64,000 nt of DNA from Candidatus Atabeyarchaeum deiterrae (lineage in GTDB: Archaea > Asgardarchaeota > Atabeyarchaeia > Atabeyarchaeales > Atabeyarchaeaceae): positions 1,824,001-1,888,000 of the forward strand of contig CP147780.1 in the NCBI GenBank assembly GCA_037310415.1, given 5' to 3'. The notes under the pieces were generated by a model. That model saw only the letters and a program-made list of their open reading frames with translations, was not told where the DNA came from and made no database searches. The number at the start of each line of letters is the position of its first letter. Position 1 is the first letter of the stretch. Shown here piece by piece: positions 58,970-64,000 of the stretch. The translations under genes were made by a program, and so were the position numbers.

Positions 58970-59158
58970 ATGGTAAGCAATCTCAGGAACTGTCAATGCG
59001 AGTTCTATAACCGGCGGTCGCGCGTGTGTACTCTTGATGGGTCCTCGTGGTGTGCCTTTCCCAAGAGCAATTACTGTGACCTTGCAGCAAGCGAACACGC
59101 GAAGAAGAAGAACATTCCTTCGGTCATACTAGAAATCCAAGAAGACGTAACTGGGTGA
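58970..59158 (+). CDS. Small Cys-rich hypothetical protein
   Basis: 62 aa with 5 Cys; GGGGAG RBS and TTTTTATA upstream. Confidence 0.5.
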   Translation: MVSNLRNCQCEFYNRRSRVCTLDGSSWCAFPKSNYCDLAASEHAKKKNIPSVILEIQEDVTG

Positions 59159-59310
59159 CTCAGTCGCGAACGAACTCGCACGGAACGAATCTGGAAAATC
59201 AGAATCACCTATTGCGTTCCCACTCAAGAAGTCGAAGAACTGAGCAACTTCTGATAGCCTGCTCATTCACCTACTTTGGACCTGGTTCCATCGGTGAGAC
59301 TCTTCCTTCT

Positions 59311-61104
59311 CTATTCTGTGGCCATTAGTCCTTTCTCTAGGATCTCAACATCCTTCTTGATCTGGTCGTCGCTGATCTTCTCGACGAGAGGTTTGGGCTC
59401 AACGATCTTGGTGCCAGGATTTACTCTGAATTTTCCCAGCGCTTCCCATGTAGGTCTCACCCCAAAACCTGGCTGACCTTCAACAGAAACCATCTGGCCC
59501 AATATCTGCTCCGACAAACTTGGTGTAATCGGTTGCAGATATATCGCTCCATCATGAATGAAGTTGATGCTAAGGTAGAGCGTTGTCTTGGCCGAAGACT
59601 CACCTTGCTCTCCGTTCTTCAACTTCTTCCACGGTTCTTTCGCATTGAAATATCTATTGGCTTCTCCGAAGGAGTCCACTATCTTCAGAAGAAGTTGCGT
59701 TAGGTTCACTGATTCATAAAGATCTTCGATCTCCTTCGGAAGCTTCGAAATGAACTCCTTGAACTTGATGTCTATGTCATTGCCAAGGTAGGTCTCCGGC
59801 TCAGGTACTTTGCCGCTGAAATTGCTGTTTATGAATTTCAGTGTTCTGTTCACGAAGTTGCCAATCATATCGGCAAGCCCGGTGTTCACCCTCGTCTGGA
59901 ACTCCTGCCAACTGAAATCGCTATCCCCGATGTTATTAGCTGCCTTTGATGCTAAGTAGAATCTTATATAATCGGTGGGATATCTGTCAACTATGTAGCG
60001 AAGTGGAATGAACCACTTCCTGCTTTTAGACATCTTCTTGCCGTCAAGATTCAGATACCCGTTGACAACATATTTTCGGGGCAACGGATAACCAGCAACA
60101 ATGAGCATAGCTGGCCAGAAGAGCAGATGATGATATATGATGTCCTTTCCCACAAAGTGAACTACCTTGGCAGCAGGGTTCTTCCAGTAGTGCTCCCAAT
60201 TCCGTCCAATTCTATTGCACAAGTTGACTGTTGAAGCGATATATCCGATGGGGGCATCCCACCAGACGTACGCATACTGGTCTGGCGCTGCATCTTTGAA
60301 GGGCAGTTTAAAACCCCAATAATCTTCCCTAGTGATGTCCCAGTCTTCGAGACCCCCTGTGATCCAGTTCAGTACGTAGTTTATTACCCCTCTCGGAAAG
60401 TCTCTTTCAGAAGACCTCAGGAGCCAACTTGATAGTTGGTCTGAGAGAGCCCTGAGCCTAAAAAAGAAGTGTCTTGCCTTCCTCTTAGTTGGCGTGGTTC
60501 TGCAGAGGATGCATTGCGGATTGATTATCTTTCCGGCTTCAATAACGCGTCCACAGGACTCACATACATCGCTGTACTGATCCGCGGCTCCACAATAGGG
60601 GCAGTTTCCTTTGACAAATCTGTCGGGGAGGAACCTCTTGTCTTTCTCACAGTACCATTGTTCAACTTCTTTCGCTTCGATGTAGCCTTTATCATAAGCT
60701 GCTTTCAGGAAATCTTGGGTCAAGATCCTGTTCTCTTCACTGGCAGTATGGTAGAAGTTGTCAAAGGAAATGTTCAATTTCTTGAAATCATCTATGTGTC
60801 TCAACCTGTAGTACTCTGCATAATCGGCAGGTTTCTTTCCTGTTGCTAAGGCAGCCACTTCAATCGGTGTCCCATGAACGTCGCTGCCGCAAACGAAGAG
60901 AATATCGTCTCCTTTAAGTCGTCTGAACCTGGAATACACATCAGCGGGTATGTAGGTGCTGGTAACATGACCGATGTGCAAAACATTGTTGGAATAAGGA
61001 AGAGCTGCCGTAACCAGGACAATGTCCTTCTCCTCGCCCTTTTTGCTGCTATCCCTGCCATGACTAGCAGTATTCGTGTTTTGCTGCTTGCTTGGGAGCG
61101 CCAA
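59311..61104 (-). CDS. metG: Methionyl-tRNA synthetase (no C-terminal tRNA-binding domain)
   Basis: ALPY, HIGH, Zn knuckles, YVWWDAPIGY, KMSKS. Confidence 0.97.
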   Translation of the reverse strand: MALPSKQQNTNTASHGRDSSKKGEEKDIVLVTAALPYSNNVLHIGHVTSTYIPADVYSRFRRLKGDDILFVCGSDVHGTPIEVAALATGKKPADYAEYYRLRHIDDFKKLNISFDNFYHTASEENRILTQDFLKAAYDKGYIEAKEVEQWYCEKDKRFLPDRFVKGNCPYCGAADQYSDVCESCGRVIEAGKIINPQCILCRTTPTKRKARHFFFRLRALSDQLSSWLLRSSERDFPRGVINYVLNWITGGLEDWDITREDYWGFKLPFKDAAPDQYAYVWWDAPIGYIASTVNLCNRIGRNWEHYWKNPAAKVVHFVGKDIIYHHLLFWPAMLIVAGYPLPRKYVVNGYLNLDGKKMSKSRKWFIPLRYIVDRYPTDYIRFYLASKAANNIGDSDFSWQEFQTRVNTGLADMIGNFVNRTLKFINSNFSGKVPEPETYLGNDIDIKFKEFISKLPKEIEDLYESVNLTQLLLKIVDSFGEANRYFNAKEPWKKLKNGEQGESSAKTTLYLSINFIHDGAIYLQPITPSLSEQILGQMVSVEGQPGFGVRPTWEALGKFRVNPGTKIVEPKPLVEKISDDQIKKDVEILEKGLMATE

Positions 61105-61322
61105 ACGCCTCCTAAAAACAAGGTGTTATGATAAGCTTTAACTTATTAGGATGCTTGGAGTTTTTAAGGTTTATTAATATCACCATATTAAGTCTGTTAT
61201 GAGGTCTCAACTTTCCAGTCGCGATGCCAGCGTTGAATCTAGATTAATGAAGTGCTACTCCATTCTGGAGATAGATGAAAAAGATTGAAGTCGCACGATC
61301 CGCATCTTGGAGGTTATGAATA

Positions 61323-61718
61323 ATGAAGAAGAAAGAGACTTTGGATTTCTGTAACAGATGGTTGCCAACTTGGGGAGGCGACAGACCGAATGAATTGATT
61401 GACTTCTACTCTGATGATGCGCTTTATTTTGATCCAGCTAACAAAGCAGGTTTAAGGGGGCGCGAGGAGATCCTGCCTTACTTCAAGAAGTTGCTTTCCG
61501 CCAACCCGAAATGGAAGTGGGAACCCGTGGAAGTTTATTCAACGGACCTTGGCTTTGTTGCAAAGTGGAGAGCGACAATTCCTGTCGGAACAGAAACAGT
61601 CGTTGAAGATGGAATGGACATCGTCGAAGTCAAGCATGGCAAAATAACGAGAAATGAGGTCTACTTCGATCGCTCGGCTCTGTTGGATGCTTTGAGAAAG
61701 TTGAAGTCTGGCAAATGA
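61323..61718 (+). CDS. SnoaL/NTF2-like protein
   Basis: FYSDDALYFDP..GREEI..YF, GKITRNEVYFD. Confidence 0.88.
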   Translation: MKKKETLDFCNRWLPTWGGDRPNELIDFYSDDALYFDPANKAGLRGREEILPYFKKLLSANPKWKWEPVEVYSTDLGFVAKWRATIPVGTETVVEDGMDIVEVKHGKITRNEVYFDRSALLDALRKLKSGK

Positions 61719-61757
61719 GGATCATCCTTATAGCTCATGTCGAGAGACGATACTGGT

Positions 61758-62978
61758 TCATATGATCGGTTTGGGGTCTTCAACAAAAACTCTAGCTTTG
61801 TTCGAAGCAAGTTTCTCTATTTCATTGATCCTGCTGTTTATGATGTCCTTATCTTTCCCGTCTATGCATCTGCCAGCGGCTTCTTTATAAAGCCTCAGTG
61901 CCCCGGCGGTGCCATCCGCCATATTCGCATATAGTGTAAGGCAGTCTAGAAACTCCTTGAAACCATTCTGTGACACGCCCATATACTCAAGCCATTGTTT
62001 TACGAGTTTCGCGTCGTCTTCAAAGTATTTCTTAACCGTATCCACGAGTTGAGAGAGCTCCTCTGATACGTTCAACTGCCAATACTGAGCCTCGCCTCTG
62101 AATCCATATACGAGACCCTCTAAGTGCCTTTGATCCATGTATTTGTGTATCTTCATCTGTCTGCGTCCCTGAGTGGTCTTGACTCTAATGAATGCTGCCT
62201 TGAGGCAAGACACTGCGCTGAGGTACTCATTGCGGATCGATATTCCATTTCTATATAGTGGCATCAGGCTCTCGTGCGCCCCTCGAAACTCGAGGAAGTC
62301 AGATCCAAACCTAGGACCAGCCACACTCTTGTCTTCCGCGAACTCAGCCTTCTTGGACCTACTGGCCACCATCTCCATTGAAGGCGCAGCCATAGGTAAC
62401 TGCAATTGAGGCTTACCTACCGTGACAGATATGCTTGCATCATACCCAAGTGCCCAACCCCTTGCTGATGGTGTGGCCGTCATTGCCAGTTGCGTGCGAA
62501 CTGCTGCAGCAAATTTGAGCAGGAGTGCCACGGTGTACTCCTCGCTCGTAACATCTATTTTCTCTCCTGTTTCGGTGTCTTCAACAGAGATTTCCTTTAT
62601 TCCAGCTTCACTGAAGGATATGCCTTCCACGATGTCCTCTAGTATCCTGGCTATATCCAAGAAGACACTGGCAGCGTCTGGCGTGTAGGTTTTGGAATTG
62701 ATGATTTTCTCCGCTTTCTCCAACAGGTTTCTGAGGCCTGCGAGGGACCGAATCTTGCCGATGATATCCTTTGGAAGTGAACTCTCGTACTTCGTTATGA
62801 AACTCTCAACGTCGTTTGCCTCTACAGCATTGACAAGCTCGTTGACCAGAGCGCTTTCTTCAACTTTTCCCTTCAGTTTCTTGTAAAGGATCTGGGCAAC
62901 CATCTTGGCGCGGCCCATAATTAGAGGTTTGACCAGGCTAAAGAGTATACTTCCGACTGAAGCAAGCGTTATTGCCAT
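61758..62978 (-). CDS. Hypothetical, mostly alpha-helical protein
   Basis: 406-aa ORF with GAGGT upstream; no family recognised. Confidence 0.7.
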   Translation of the reverse strand: MAITLASVGSILFSLVKPLIMGRAKMVAQILYKKLKGKVEESALVNELVNAVEANDVESFITKYESSLPKDIIGKIRSLAGLRNLLEKAEKIINSKTYTPDAASVFLDIARILEDIVEGISFSEAGIKEISVEDTETGEKIDVTSEEYTVALLLKFAAAVRTQLAMTATPSARGWALGYDASISVTVGKPQLQLPMAAPSMEMVASRSKKAEFAEDKSVAGPRFGSDFLEFRGAHESLMPLYRNGISIRNEYLSAVSCLKAAFIRVKTTQGRRQMKIHKYMDQRHLEGLVYGFRGEAQYWQLNVSEELSQLVDTVKKYFEDDAKLVKQWLEYMGVSQNGFKEFLDCLTLYANMADGTAGALRLYKEAAGRCIDGKDKDIINSRINEIEKLASNKARVFVEDPKPII

Positions 62979-63302
62979 AAAACCACTACCTCTGTAGTGA
63001 AGCAGATTGTGGATTACTTAAGCATTTCTTAATGGGCCACTTAGGGCACTGATTTCGGGTCCTGTTCCAAGTTGCATGCAAAAAAGGAATTGTACGTTGC
63101 CTGGAGACTTGGATTGCTTGAATTGGGCTCCATTTCGCATTTTTCTCCCAGAGAACTGACTATTTACCCACTTCTTATTGGGTTTTTATGGGTTAATATG
63201 ATAAAATATGATAAACCTTTATATCTCTGTGCAGACATGGGTTTACTCTATAACATACAACATTATACTCGAAAATACTTGATAGGAGGAGGCGGTTCCT
63301 CC

Positions 63303-64000
63303 TTGCAACTTGGGTTATACGTACCCAGCCGGCAAAGAGAGTTTAGTTCGCTAATTCCATCTGGGGTGCTCGCCAAGTGGCGGAACAAGGAGAACATCCT
63401 TTCTTTTACCCGCCCGAGACCGAGGAAGGGGTTTCGGGAGCCATTTGTGGAAATGCGCTTCCCCTCAGCGACTACAGCAATGTTCTACCTTGAGAAGTAC
63501 GGAGCTAAGAAAAAGCAGGACCTCGAGGAACTCGTACATGAATTTGAGAACGGCAAACCCGCCTTTGAAGAGGGCTTTGCGGGCTACGCTTTCCGGATCA
63601 TGGCTCTTCCACTGAGAGGAATTCTTGCCATCTCATCATTGGGAGGACCGTTGAACATGAGTGTCGGAGAAGAGGCGGTATCATCGGTGCTCGACATGAC
63701 CTTACCATCACCCAATGGATTTGAGAGATACGTTCCTGCGAGTGGAGACCTGAAGTCGCTATGCGAGCATTACTTGCAGGTCGTTCATGGAAGCGAAGTA
63801 TACAGAGTGCGCGCGACTGTTGAAAATGTGGAGGTTGAACTGAAAGGATACGACGTCATGAAGTCAGATATCTATGAAAGGATCGACAACGTAACGCAGA
63901 TAGGTTCCTCGCCGATTGAAGGAGCTGGGTACAGGTGGGAGAGTGACAGAGTTGGCAGACCCGTTACAATGCGAGTGTCTGCACCTGAAGGACGCGGAGT
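63303..64000 (+). CDS. Hypothetical protein, runs off the window
   Basis: AGGAGGAGG, then TTG start and an open frame MQLGLYVPSRQREF...RVSAPEGRG to the window end; absent from the ORF track. Confidence 0.75.
   Translation, partial: MQLGLYVPSRQREFSSLIPSGVLAKWRNKENILSFTRPRPRKGFREPFVEMRFPSATTAMFYLEKYGAKKKQDLEELVHEFENGKPAFEEGFAGYAFRIMALPLRGILAISSLGGPLNMSVGEEAVSSVLDMTLPSPNGFERYVPASGDLKSLCEHYLQVVHGSEVYRVRATVENVEVELKGYDVMKSDIYERIDNVTQIGSSPIEGAGYRWESDRVGRPVTMRVSAPEGRG

Noticed and set aside
1553-62886. Numerous short antisense or overlapping ORFs in the track (e.g. 5168-5830, 20616-21194)
   Set aside because: They are shadows of well-supported genes and carry no recognisable motifs.

Overview
Gene-dense archaeal chromosomal window. 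TATA/BRE-type promoters, an archaeal MetRS, TldD/E, Hjc and a SAMP-type Ubl mark it as archaeal. Two Rab-like GTPases, a longin-like protein and a membrane-anchored RING protein point to an Asgard archaeon (inference; no marker gene is present to confirm it). I saw no rRNA, tRNA, CRISPR array, integrase or transposase. Most of the window is accessory metabolism, transport and stress genes. The strongest candidates for undescribed systems are four. (1) 51.7-56.6 kb: Rab-like GTPase / Zn-ribbon / longin / tandem 2x7TM membrane protein / Rab-like GTPase, divergent from a V4R/HNOX-clan gene. (2) 29-34.2 kb: an arsenic locus where one operator (ACATATT-N10-AATATGT) precedes acr3, arsR and an operon of two DGC proteins, a lipoyl-carrier (GcvH-like) protein and a 1-Cys OsmC, with no arsC nearby. 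(3) A metallophosphoesterase / nucleotidyltransferase / APC permease cluster. (4) Fused comDE followed by a periplasmic-binding-fold protein with no signal peptide. Several gene relics are also visible (glutamate synthase-like GATase, class I aldolase, a DUF3795 duplicate, a nonsense-interrupted DUF362, and a foreign-looking gene fused to the acr3 3' end). All assignments come from motif recognition by eye; no searches were run.
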